46,055 nucleotides of DNA from contig JASJAY010000071.1 of the NCBI GenBank assembly GCA_030066775.1, forward strand, positions 1 to 46,055, given 5' to 3'. Below are positions 1 to 8,330 of this stretch, piece by piece; the first letter of the stretch is position 1, and each line of letters begins with the position of its first letter. The stretch is from Planctomycetota bacterium. Lineage in GTDB: Bacteria; Planctomycetota; PLA2; JAEUHO01. The position numbers and the translations under genes were made by a program. The notes beneath the pieces are model-generated. The model had not been told where the DNA came from. It did no database searches and saw only the letters and a list, made by a program, of their open reading frames with translations.

Positions 1-183
1 GCTGGCCTTGCCGGCGGCGTCCTTCCAGGTCGCCTTCACGTCGCCCTGGGCATCCAGCCGCACGTGAATGGGCGCCGGCTTGGCATCCTTCTCGGCGCGG
101 GCCTCGTCCTGCGGGGCAAGCCCCAAGGCGAGACACGCGAGCACCAGGGCGGCACCTCCGATTCCGATCGACGATCGCAGCAT
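1..183 (-). CDS. Secreted protein or lipoprotein, N-terminal fragment; the gene runs off the left edge of the window
   Basis: Minus-strand ATG at 183..181. The translation is MLRSSIGIGGAALVLACLALGLAPQDEARAEKDAKPAPIHVRLDAQGDVKATWKDAAGKAS..., which has a signal peptide and a high-GC3 frame. A GGGGA Shine-Dalgarno-like motif lies about 7 nt upstream. This ORF is not in the supplied track; I translated it by hand. Confidence 0.4.
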   Translation of the reverse strand, partial: MLRSSIGIGGAALVLACLALGLAPQDEARAEKDAKPAPIHVRLDAQGDVKATWKDAAGKAS

Positions 184-311
184 GCAGTTTCCCCTTTCGC
201 ATCCGGTGGCAACCAGCATATCGCTTTCGCTGGGCGGGGGGCTGGACGGGACCTTCGCACCTCGCCAGCGGGCAGGGGCTCGCGATACGCTGGAGCCCCG
301 GAGACTGCGAC

Positions 312-1811
312 ATGTGTAGGCAATTGTGGATCGCGGCGGTGCTCGTCCTGTTCGCGCCGTTGGCGTTCGCTGAAGAGGCGGCGAAGGCCGGCGACACCAT
401 CGCCTGGGAGGCGGATCTCGCTTCGGCCTTCGCCAAGGCCAAGGAGCTGAATCGCCCCCTGATGATCTGCGTGAACGCGAAGTTCGTCGCGGGTCGCGAG
501 ACGGAAGAGCCGGCGGCCAAGGGGCTGCGCGAACACATCTACGTGGATGCGCGCGTGGTCACGAAGTCGCGCCAGTTCGTCTGCGCCCTGCTGACCCGCG
601 CCGGCAGCTCGGCGGACTACGGCGAGCTGCGCGCGCTCGGCATCAGCGGTCGCATCGTCTCGCCGCAGCACATCTTCGTCCATCCGGACGGCACGCGCAT
701 CCTCGAGCGCCAGCAGTATTGGAGCCACGGACGCGGGGAGTCGGGCATCAAGGCGCTGCTCGCGCTCATGGACGTGGCGCTTGCGCAGATGAACGCGCCC
801 GCGGAACCCGAGTCGCCCGACGCCCCCGAGACGCCGGACGAGCCGGAAGCCCCGTCGCTTCCCGTCGAGGCGCCACCCGAAGCCGGTGCCGGAGAGGATG
901 CCGCGGCGGTCCGCGCCGCGTGGATCCAGCGCATGGTGACGAAGGTCGACAAGGGCGCCGCCGAAGAGCGGCAGATGGCCCTGCGCAGCCTGGTGAAGCA
1001 CGACCGCGAAGGCGACTGCACCGACCCGCTCATCGAGATGATCCCCAAGTCCAAGAAGCGCGTGCCGGTGCTCGTGGACCTCATCCGGGCGCTCGGCGTT
1101 CCCGGCCTCGACAAGGCCGCCGGCCCGATCGGCAAGCAGCTCAAGCACAAGGAAGAGGTCGTGCGCGGCAACGCCGCCGTGACGCTCGAGTACATCGGCT
1201 CGAAGTCCTCGGTCTCCACGTTGATGAAGGTCGTGGGGAAGGAAGACAACGAGTCCATCGCCAATCACATGTACCGGGCGCTCGGGCGATGCGGCGTCGG
1301 CAACGCGAAGGCGCGCGCGCTCCTGCTCAAGCGCTCCATGGCCGGCCGGAGCACGTTCGCCACCTACGGACCCGTCATCGGCCTCGCGTACTTCGAGAAG
1401 GACAAGAAGGCTGCCCGCGGCGTCGAGAAGGAGTTCAAGAAGGTCGGGCACCCGTTCGGCGGACGCCGCAGCGGGCGCAACAGCTTCAAGCGCGCCCTGT
1501 TCATGTGGTGCCTGTCGGAGATCGAGGACCCGAAGAGCGGGCCCTGGATCCGCGAGGAGCGGATCGAGCCCCTCGAGAACGCCGAGTCCCGCTGGAAGGA
1601 CCTCGTCATCGGCTTCTACGTCGCCGCCGCACGCAAGTGCGAGGGCGAGGAAGACGAGGCCATCGAGACGACCATTCGTGAAGCGATGGAGCGCTACCTC
1701 GGCTGGCGCAACGACCGGACGCCGCTCAAGGACGAGTACCGCATCGACCGCGACATGTCGAAGTTCACGCCCAAGATGGAGTTCGACCCCCGTGATGACG
1801 ACGACAGCTAG
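312..1811 (+). CDS. Secreted protein with three parts: an N-terminal thioredoxin-fold-like domain that lacks a CxxC motif, a Pro/Glu-rich linker, and C-terminal HEAT (PBS-lyase-like) repeats
   Basis: Signal peptide MCRQLWIAAVLVLFAPLAFA. The α/β N-domain contains RPLMICVNAKF...HIFVHPDG. The linker is PESPDAPETPDEPEAPSLPVEAPPEA. The C-terminus carries HEAT-like repeats (VVRGNAAVTLEYIG..., MYRALGRCG...). It is the first gene of a co-directional cluster with overlapping boundaries. Confidence 0.6.
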   Translation: MCRQLWIAAVLVLFAPLAFAEEAAKAGDTIAWEADLASAFAKAKELNRPLMICVNAKFVAGRETEEPAAKGLREHIYVDARVVTKSRQFVCALLTRAGSSADYGELRALGISGRIVSPQHIFVHPDGTRILERQQYWSHGRGESGIKALLALMDVALAQMNAPAEPESPDAPETPDEPEAPSLPVEAPPEAGAGEDAAAVRAAWIQRMVTKVDKGAAEERQMALRSLVKHDREGDCTDPLIEMIPKSKKRVPVLVDLIRALGVPGLDKAAGPIGKQLKHKEEVVRGNAAVTLEYIGSKSSVSTLMKVVGKEDNESIANHMYRALGRCGVGNAKARALLLKRSMAGRSTFATYGPVIGLAYFEKDKKAARGVEKEFKKVGHPFGGRRSGRNSFKRALFMWCLSEIEDPKSGPWIREERIEPLENAESRWKDLVIGFYVAAARKCEGEEDEAIETTIREAMERYLGWRNDRTPLKDEYRIDRDMSKFTPKMEFDPRDDDDS

Positions 1812-2364
1812 CGCCCGGCGCCTCACCCCGATCCTGGTCGTCCTCGCAGCTGTCTCCATCGCAGGTGCCCTCGCCGCGTCGGTCGCCGCCGCGCCCGAGC
1901 CGGAGGAGAAGCCCGTGCCGAAGGGAGCGATCGAGGACCTGGCCTGGCTCGCCGGCACCTGGACCGGCGCCGTCGGCCCCGGGACCTGGGAGGCCGTGTA
2001 CACGACGCCCTCCGGCGGCGAGGTCCTGAGCACGAACAAGGAGATCCGAGGGAATCGCGTCGTCTCGTTCGAGTTCGAGCGCTTCTTCCGCAAGGGCGAT
2101 GGCGTCGTGATGACGCCCTACGTCAAGGGCGTCAAGAGCGTCGCCTTCACGATGACGGCGTCCGACCCGAAGGCACGCAAAGCCGTCTTCGAGAACCCGA
2201 AGCACGACTTCCCGCAGCGCATCGTCTACCACCGCATCGTGGACGATCGGCTGCAGATCGACGTCACCGCGGGCAGTGGGGCCAAGCGTCGCGGATTCCG
2301 CCTGGACCTGCGGCGGTCCCCTGCCGCGGCCGCGGATTCCAAGCCGGCCGGAGGCGCGAAGTAG
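1795..2364 (+). CDS. Secreted hypothetical protein, lipocalin/DUF6265-like
   Basis: The ATG at 1795 overlaps the last 17 nt of the upstream gene (ATGACGACGACAGCTAG). The signal peptide is LTPILVVLAAVSIAGALAASVAAAP. The motif DLAWLAGTWTG followed by β-rich sequence supports a lipocalin-like fold. The family assignment is tentative. Confidence 0.55.
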   Translation: MTTTASARRLTPILVVLAAVSIAGALAASVAAAPEPEEKPVPKGAIEDLAWLAGTWTGAVGPGTWEAVYTTPSGGEVLSTNKEIRGNRVVSFEFERFFRKGDGVVMTPYVKGVKSVAFTMTASDPKARKAVFENPKHDFPQRIVYHRIVDDRLQIDVTAGSGAKRRGFRLDLRRSPAAAADSKPAGGAK

Positions 2365-2398
2365 CCGGACCCCGGGGCTTGCGGCACACTTTCGCCGC

Positions 2399-3139
2399 AT
2401 GCTCGACGTCGAGGCCCTCACCAAGCGCTACGGCGCCTTCACCGCCGTGGAGGACCTCTCCTTCCACATCGAGCCCGGCGAGGTCCTGGGGCTCGTGGGG
2501 CCCAACGGCGCCGGCAAGACGACGTCGATCCGCTGCGTGGCCGGCATCCTCAAGCCCAGCGGCGGCCGGATCGTGCTGGGCGGACACGACCTCGCCGTCG
2601 ATCCCGTCGCAGCCAAGCGCACGCTCGGGCTGATTCCCGATAGCCCGCACCCGTTCGACATGCTCACGGTGACCGAGCACCTGCGCTTCATCGCCATGGC
2701 GTACGACGTGCAGGACGCCGAGCCGCGGATCGGCCCGCTGCTCGAGGAGCTCGAGCTCACGGAGAAGCAGGACGAGCTTGCGTCGACCCTCTCGCGCGGC
2801 ATGCGTCAGAAGCTGGCGATCGCCTGCGCCTTCATCCGCGATCCCGGCCTCCTGCTCTTCGACGAGCCGCTCACCGGCCTGGACCCGAAGGCGATCCGCC
2901 GCATCCGCGGCTCCATCCGCCGGCGCGCGGACGACGGCGCGGCCGTGATGATCAGCTCCCACCTGCTCGATCTCGTCGAGCGGCTCTGCGATCGCGTGCT
3001 GATCCTGCACCGCGGCCGCGCGGTCGCCTTCGGCACGCTCGACGAGGTGCGCGCCGGGGCGGCGGCGTCCGACGATGCCTCACTCGAGGAGGCGTTCTTC
3101 GCGATCACCGAAGACGGGGCGGACGAACCGCCCGCATGA
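2399..3139 (+). CDS. ABC transporter ATP-binding protein
   Basis: Walker A GPNGAGKTT, ABC signature LSRGMRQKL and Walker B LLLFDEP are all present. The ATG was chosen at 2399 rather than the in-frame upstream Arg/Pro-rich extension in the track. Confidence 0.9.
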   Translation: MLDVEALTKRYGAFTAVEDLSFHIEPGEVLGLVGPNGAGKTTSIRCVAGILKPSGGRIVLGGHDLAVDPVAAKRTLGLIPDSPHPFDMLTVTEHLRFIAMAYDVQDAEPRIGPLLEELELTEKQDELASTLSRGMRQKLAIACAFIRDPGLLLFDEPLTGLDPKAIRRIRGSIRRRADDGAAVMISSHLLDLVERLCDRVLILHRGRAVAFGTLDEVRAGAAASDDASLEEAFFAITEDGADEPPA

Positions 3140-4692
3140 GCGCCCGCGCCCTCCGCTACCTCCTGCTGACGCGCTTCAAGAACCGCGTGCGCGCATTCGT
3201 CGGCGGCCTCCTCCGACCCAAGAACATCCTCGCGGTGCTGATGGGCGTCGGGCTCATCCTGCTCCTGCTCGTCGACGTCTCGCCGGGCGGCACCATGACG
3301 ATCGAGATGCGCTATGCGGTCATCACGTCGCTCTTCGGCTTCCTGCTGCTGATCACGATCGTGTCGAGCCTCGGACAGGAAGGCATGGCGTTCAGCGCGG
3401 CGGATCTCGACCTGCTCTTCCCCGGTCCCTTCAAGCGACGCCACCTGCTGCTGTACTGGTTCGTCCCGCAGTACCTGATGTCGATCATCATGGCGCTGTT
3501 CTGGATGCTGATGTTCGGCGGCCGGCGCCTCCCCCATCCGGGCTGGTTCCTCTTCGCTTGCTTCCTCTACCAGGTCGTGACGGTCCACCTGGCCGCGTTC
3601 AGCGCACACCTCGGCATCCTCCTCGCCGAGAAGTTCTTCTCGCGCCTGAAGCCCGCCATCACCGTCGTGACGACCGTGCTGCTGCTCGGTCTCCTGGGCG
3701 TGGCGGTGCTCATCTTCAGCGATTCGGGCGGCGTCCCCGGCAAGCTCATGCCGATCGCCGAGTCCCCGGTCGTACAGGTCCTCTTCTTCCCGGCCACCGC
3801 CGCGGCGGATCTCGGCATCGTCGACGGCGTCGACCGCTGGATCGCCCTGGCCAAGCTGCTCGGCGCGGCGGCGATCGCCTTCGGGCTCGTGATGCTCGTC
3901 AACGTCGGGTTCATCGAGGCTTCCTTCCACGCGAGCCGGAAGGTGCACGCCAAGGTCAAGGACATGAAGCGTGGCGTGCTCTCGGCCAAGAAGCGCCACA
4001 AGGGCGGCTCCGCGCGCGCGCCGCGGGGCTGGCGTGGGCCATGGGCAATTCTCTGGCGAGACGTGCTCACCTTGCGGCGCCAGCTGCGCACGCTCATCGG
4101 CGGGCTGTTGATGATCGTGATCCTGATCGCGATCGCAGCGGGCCGGGAGGGCCAGGACGACCTGGTCCAGCTGGCGATCATCTATCTCGCGATGTTCCCG
4201 CTGTGGCTCACGCCGCCGATCGGCTTCCGCATCGACGCGCCCTACCTGGCGACGTACCGCATGCTGCCCATCAGCGCCGTGGGCCGCGCGGCCGGCATGG
4301 GGCTCTGTTCCGTGCTCGTGCCCTGGTTGCTGCAGCTGCTCGTGATCGTTGCGCTGGTCATCGGGGGGCTGATGTCACCCGTCTACGGCATCGCGGCGCT
4401 CATCGGGTTCTTTGCCATCGGCGCCACGTTCGTGCTGGTCGAGGGGCTCTTCCTCGCCACCGGCGGCGGCATCCGGCGCACCGACTTCGGCGGCAACATC
4501 ATCCGCATGATGGTGCAGACCCTGGCGATCATGCCGGGCATCCTGATCGTGGCCGCCGGGTACTACGCACTGCGGTCGATGGCCGGGGCGATCTTCCTGG
4601 CGGCCGCCGCACAAGGGGCCGTCGTCTGGGGGCTCTTGTACTGGGTCGGCGCGCGCCTCGACAGCTGCGATCTGCGCCTGGAAGCCGAGTAG
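3136..4692 (+). CDS. Polytopic membrane protein, putative ABC-exporter permease partner (about 12 predicted TM segments)
   Basis: Its ATGA overlaps the stop of the ATPase gene. The 518 aa product has many hydrophobic helices (LMGVGLILLLLVDV..., LMIVILIAIAAG...), consistent with the 'putative ABC exporter' class of permeases. Confidence 0.7.
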   Translation: MSARALRYLLLTRFKNRVRAFVGGLLRPKNILAVLMGVGLILLLLVDVSPGGTMTIEMRYAVITSLFGFLLLITIVSSLGQEGMAFSAADLDLLFPGPFKRRHLLLYWFVPQYLMSIIMALFWMLMFGGRRLPHPGWFLFACFLYQVVTVHLAAFSAHLGILLAEKFFSRLKPAITVVTTVLLLGLLGVAVLIFSDSGGVPGKLMPIAESPVVQVLFFPATAAADLGIVDGVDRWIALAKLLGAAAIAFGLVMLVNVGFIEASFHASRKVHAKVKDMKRGVLSAKKRHKGGSARAPRGWRGPWAILWRDVLTLRRQLRTLIGGLLMIVILIAIAAGREGQDDLVQLAIIYLAMFPLWLTPPIGFRIDAPYLATYRMLPISAVGRAAGMGLCSVLVPWLLQLLVIVALVIGGLMSPVYGIAALIGFFAIGATFVLVEGLFLATGGGIRRTDFGGNIIRMMVQTLAIMPGILIVAAGYYALRSMAGAIFLAAAAQGAVVWGLLYWVGARLDSCDLRLEAE

Positions 4693-4705
4693 CGGTTCGC
4701 TACTC
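4687..4705. terminator. Perfect 8-bp hairpin GAGTAGCG-gtt-CGCTACTC that contains the stop codons of both convergent genes; candidate bidirectional terminator
   Basis: Read directly. The plus-strand TAG at 4690-4692 ends the permease gene. The minus-strand TAG (plus-strand cta at 4700-4702) ends the phosphatase gene. Both sit inside the stem. Confidence 0.45.
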
Positions 4706-5230
4706 CGCTTCGAGCCCCAGCGCCTCGCGGACGTCGGGCAAGAGCTTCGTCAGCCCGATCCGCTTGCCTTCCGCCACCGCCTCTTCGGCAGAGCGGCCCT
4801 TGCGATCGACCAGGTAGAAGGTCCACAGCGCGGCCGCCCGGTTCGCCGTGCTGCAGTGCACGTACGCGCGCAGGTTCTCCTTCTCGAGGCGGTCCAGCAC
4901 GGCGTACGCCTTCTCGCGCGCCGCCTTGTCCAGGACCGTCTTCTTGGACAGGGGAACGTGCTCGTACGCGAGCTCGGCCGCCTTCACGGCAGCGGCCTCG
5001 TCGAACGAAGGCGCCTTCGCTTCCGGGTTGAGGTCGAGCACCAGATCGAACCCCTTCCCCAGCTCGGCGATCCGCGCTTCGCTCGGCTGCCCGGCGATGA
5101 CGATGCGGTCGGTGCCCGTGAACTCGACGGTCGGCTTGGGAGGCCCTTCGACGACCGTGACGGGCTCCGAATCTCCGCAGCCCGCGAGCACCAGCAGGAA
5201 CAGACCGAGACACGATGCGCTGAGGCGCAT
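4700..5230 (-). CDS. Lipoprotein, putative Cys-based phosphatase (DUF442/DSP-like fold; active-site-like motif VHCSTANR)
   Basis: Lipobox LLVLAGCGDS at the chosen start MRLSASCLGLFLLVLAGC (ATG at 5230). The C(X)4R motif HCSTANRAAALW is typical of DUF442 / dual-specificity-phosphatase-like proteins. The family assignment is from memory and of moderate confidence. Confidence 0.55.
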   Translation of the reverse strand: MRLSASCLGLFLLVLAGCGDSEPVTVVEGPPKPTVEFTGTDRIVIAGQPSEARIAELGKGFDLVLDLNPEAKAPSFDEAAAVKAAELAYEHVPLSKKTVLDKAAREKAYAVLDRLEKENLRAYVHCSTANRAAALWTFYLVDRKGRSAEEAVAEGKRIGLTKLLPDVREALGLEAE

Positions 5231-5287
5231 GAACGAACCTCCAGTGCGCGTCGGCCCACCCGATCGCACGGCCGACGACGAGCGACC

Positions 5288-7276
5288 CTACCGCTGCGCA
5301 TCCGCGCCGCGCCGGGGATTCGGGGCGTCGGCGTCACCCTGTTCCCCGAGGAGCGCCTGGGTCGCGGCGGTCCACTCGGCGATGCGATCCGGCGGCTGCG
5401 CGAAGCCGGGTGAGAGGAAGGCCTCTCGATCGGCGAAGCCAACGAGCCGCAGCCGCGGTCCGACCAAGGGCTGGGCCTCGAAGCGCATCAGCAGCCGGCG
5501 CTCCGGCCGAACGAGGGCGAGATGCCAGACGCCCTCCACCGGGGACATGAGCAGGAAGTCACGTCGCGCATCGGAGGCGCGCAGGTCGATCCCGTCCGCA
5601 TGGCGGATCTCGAGGCCCGTGGGGTACAGCCAGTGGGCCAGCGTCGGCACGAGGTCGAGGTGCAGGCTCGCGTGGCGTCGACGCACGGCGGGAAAGCCGG
5701 GGCCGACCGCGATGAACGGCGTCCGCGTCTGCGCGTCGCTGAGCTTCGTGGCATGCGCGCTCACACCGTCGTCCCGGAACGACTCCCCATGATCGCCGGT
5801 GACGATCACCAGGTGCTCGGGCGACGCGGCGGACGCCACGAACGCGCCGAGCTCGTCGTCGAGGAACCGCAGCGAGGCGCCGTACCGCGCGCGCATGGCC
5901 GACGCCGCAACGCGATCGCGATCGTTCCAGTGCGTCGGCGGGGCGACCTCGAGCCCCTCGCCGTACGCGGCGGGGAACTCGTAGCTCCAGTGCGTGGACA
6001 TGAGGAAGACCACCACGAGCTGGGGCGTGCCGTCCGCGTTCGCGAGAATGCGCCGCACGGTTGTCACGCAGGCGCGATCGCGATCGGGCCAGCTCAGGTC
6101 CCCGACGTGGATGTGTTGCGCGTCGAAGGGCGGGGCATCGAAGTAAGCATCCATCCGCTGCCACGTGAATGGACAGCTCGCGACGAGCGTCGTCCGATAC
6201 CCGGCAGCCGAGAACAAGCGCAGCAGCGCCGGAGCCTCGCGCTGCGCCCGACGCGCCCGCTGCTCGAACTCCATCGGCCAACGGCCGTGCAGGAGCGCAT
6301 ACGTGCCCATGTCGGACCGATTGGATCCCGAGCTGTGCGCGTCGGCCACGAGACCCCGGGCACCCCATGCCGCCAACCGCGGCATCGTGGACGGTGTGAT
6401 CGCATCGTGCCGGAAGCTCTCCAGGATGAAGAGCACGACGTGCGGCGTCCGCGAGGGGGCGGGGAGGCCGTCTCCGGATGCCTGGAACTGCACCGCGGCC
6501 GTGCCCTCCATCCGATCGGCGAACAAGCGGGCCGCGGGCTCGAAGGCCTCGTCGGCCGACACGCCGAAGCCGCCCGTGCCCGCCCCGGGCACGCGGGCCG
6601 GGTGATTCAACGTCGTGCGGAGCGGCATCACCTCGTAAAGCCGCTCCAGCACGAGCGGCCCGCTTCCCAGGCCGCGCCCGCCGATCAGCGCCAGGGGCAC
6701 GAGCAGATAGAGGACGCCCAACGGAACGAGCCGCGGGCGGCCGAGGCGCACGCGGGGGGCCACGGCGAGCACGAGCACCCACACGGCCACGAGCAGGCCG
6801 ACCGCCCCGGCCCCGACCCGCAGGAGCGGCCCCGTGACGGATCGGATGTCGCCCCCCCACTCCCGTCCGCCTTCGAGCAGCGCGAAGCCGAGGTAGGTGT
6901 GCACGTGCGCACCGGTGATGCGCATCAAGCGGGCGTCGACGGCAAGCCACAGGAGGCACGACAAGGAACAGGCGAACGCGACGCCCACCGCGAATCGCCG
7001 CCTGCCGCGGAACACCATCACCACGGCAACCGCGGTCGGGAGCGCCAGCCAGACGAGCGTCCGCGCCCAGAGCGAGAGATGCGCCAACGCCAGGTCGATC
7101 CACGCGGGCTCGAGCCGATCGAGGTGGATCACGTGACGCCGGTAGGTGCGCAGCTCGTAGAACGCAGCGAGCGCGCTCCCGATGAAGACGGCTGCGACGA
7201 TGCGCGCGGCGAGATCCCGGGGGCGGCTCTGGGTCTGCGGAGGCGACACGGGGCCAGCATAGGGGTCGCGTCCCAT
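5288..7276 (-). CDS. Membrane-anchored sulfatase / alkaline-phosphatase-superfamily protein (LtaS/EptA-like phosphotransferase)
   Basis: N-terminal TM helices are followed by a sulfatase-type domain with motifs LFILESFRHD, SSGSNRSDMGT and VTGDHGESF. Track ORF 5559..8240(-) overlaps in another frame and is rejected. Confidence 0.75.
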   Translation of the reverse strand: MGRDPYAGPVSPPQTQSRPRDLAARIVAAVFIGSALAAFYELRTYRRHVIHLDRLEPAWIDLALAHLSLWARTLVWLALPTAVAVVMVFRGRRRFAVGVAFACSLSCLLWLAVDARLMRITGAHVHTYLGFALLEGGREWGGDIRSVTGPLLRVGAGAVGLLVAVWVLVLAVAPRVRLGRPRLVPLGVLYLLVPLALIGGRGLGSGPLVLERLYEVMPLRTTLNHPARVPGAGTGGFGVSADEAFEPAARLFADRMEGTAAVQFQASGDGLPAPSRTPHVVLFILESFRHDAITPSTMPRLAAWGARGLVADAHSSGSNRSDMGTYALLHGRWPMEFEQRARRAQREAPALLRLFSAAGYRTTLVASCPFTWQRMDAYFDAPPFDAQHIHVGDLSWPDRDRACVTTVRRILANADGTPQLVVVFLMSTHWSYEFPAAYGEGLEVAPPTHWNDRDRVAASAMRARYGASLRFLDDELGAFVASAASPEHLVIVTGDHGESFRDDGVSAHATKLSDAQTRTPFIAVGPGFPAVRRRHASLHLDLVPTLAHWLYPTGLEIRHADGIDLRASDARRDFLLMSPVEGVWHLALVRPERRLLMRFEAQPLVGPRLRLVGFADREAFLSPGFAQPPDRIAEWTAATQALLGEQGDADAPNPRRGADAQR

Positions 7277-7349
7277 GTTCAGGTTTCTTGATCTCGTCCG
7301 CCCCCGTGCGCGTGGCCGAGGCGCAACCCTCTACCTTGGCGCCAGAGCC

Positions 7350-8318
7350 ATGCAAGCACCCCACATCCATCCCAACGAGCCCCAGCGCCTCGAGGCGCTG
7401 CGTGCGCTGCAGCTCTTGGACACCGACGCCGAAGAGCGCTTCGACCGCATCACGCGACTGGCCCGGCGCCTCTTCGACGTGCCGATCGCGCTGGTCAGCT
7501 TGGTGGACGCGGACCGCCAGTGGTTCAAGTCGAAGCAGGGCCTGGAGACCTCCGAGACGCCGCGCGAGGTCTCGTTCTGCGGCCACGCCATCCTGGGCTC
7601 CGAAGCGATGATCGTGCCGGATACGGCTCGGGATCCGCGCTTCGCCGCCAATCCGCTCGTGACCGAGGATCCGCGCATCGCCTTCTACGCCGGCCGTCCG
7701 CTGAGCACGCCGGACGGCAGCCCCGTCGGCGTGCTGTGCCTGATCGACCGCACCGCGCGAGACCTGGATGGAGAACAGCTCGAGGTGCTGGACGACCTCG
7801 CCGTGCTCGTCGAGCGCGAGCTCGCGTCCGCCCAGAGCGCGAACCTCGACGCCTTGACGCGGATCTCGAACCGTCGCGGCTTCGACCTGCTGGCGGAGAA
7901 AGCGCTCGCCCACTGCCGTCGCACAGCGTCCGACGCCACGCTGCTGTTCATCGACATGGACGGGTTCAAGGCGATCAACGACGAGTTCGGCCACGAGGCG
8001 GGCGACGCGGCCCTGATGGACATGGCCGATCTCCTGCTGACCACGTTCCGCGAGTCGGATGTGGTCGCACGGATCGGCGGCGACGAGTTCTGCGTGCTGA
8101 TGATCGACTCGTCCCGGGCGTCGACCGAGCTGGCGATTCGCCGGCTCCGCGTCGCCGCGGAGCGACACAACCGACGACGCGGGCGCCCGTACCTGCTGCG
8201 ATTCAGCATCGGCGTCGCCCCCTACCGGACGCGCCGGCACATGAGCATTGCCGATCTGTTGCGCGAGGCCGATCAGCGCATGTATGGCGACAAGCTGCGC
8301 CAGCGCAACGCACCCTGA
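7350..8318 (+). CDS. GAF-domain diguanylate cyclase (GGDEF)
   Basis: The GAF region reads FCGHAILGSEAMIVPDTARDPRF...LCLID. The GGDEF domain has RISNRRGFD, FIDMDGFKAINDEFGH and RIGGDEF (intact A-site). The ATG was chosen at 7350 (MQAPHIH...). The track start at 7275 would overlap the divergent sulfatase gene start. Confidence 0.85.
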   Translation: MQAPHIHPNEPQRLEALRALQLLDTDAEERFDRITRLARRLFDVPIALVSLVDADRQWFKSKQGLETSETPREVSFCGHAILGSEAMIVPDTARDPRFAANPLVTEDPRIAFYAGRPLSTPDGSPVGVLCLIDRTARDLDGEQLEVLDDLAVLVERELASAQSANLDALTRISNRRGFDLLAEKALAHCRRTASDATLLFIDMDGFKAINDEFGHEAGDAALMDMADLLLTTFRESDVVARIGGDEFCVLMIDSSRASTELAIRRLRVAAERHNRRRGRPYLLRFSIGVAPYRTRRHMSIADLLREADQRMYGDKLRQRNAP

Positions 8319-8330
8319 CCGCGTAGGTCG

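Noticed and set aside
36-2093. 685-aa minus-strand ORF
   Set aside because: It is antisense to three well-supported plus-strand genes. The translation is Arg/Ala/Gly-rich and low-complexity, typical of spurious open frames in about 70% GC DNA.
5559-8240. 893-aa minus-strand ORF (and 5522..7291 plus-strand)
   Set aside because: It overlaps the sulfatase-fold gene in another frame and is antisense to the GAF-GGDEF gene. It has no domain signatures and its composition is R/A/G/P-dominated.
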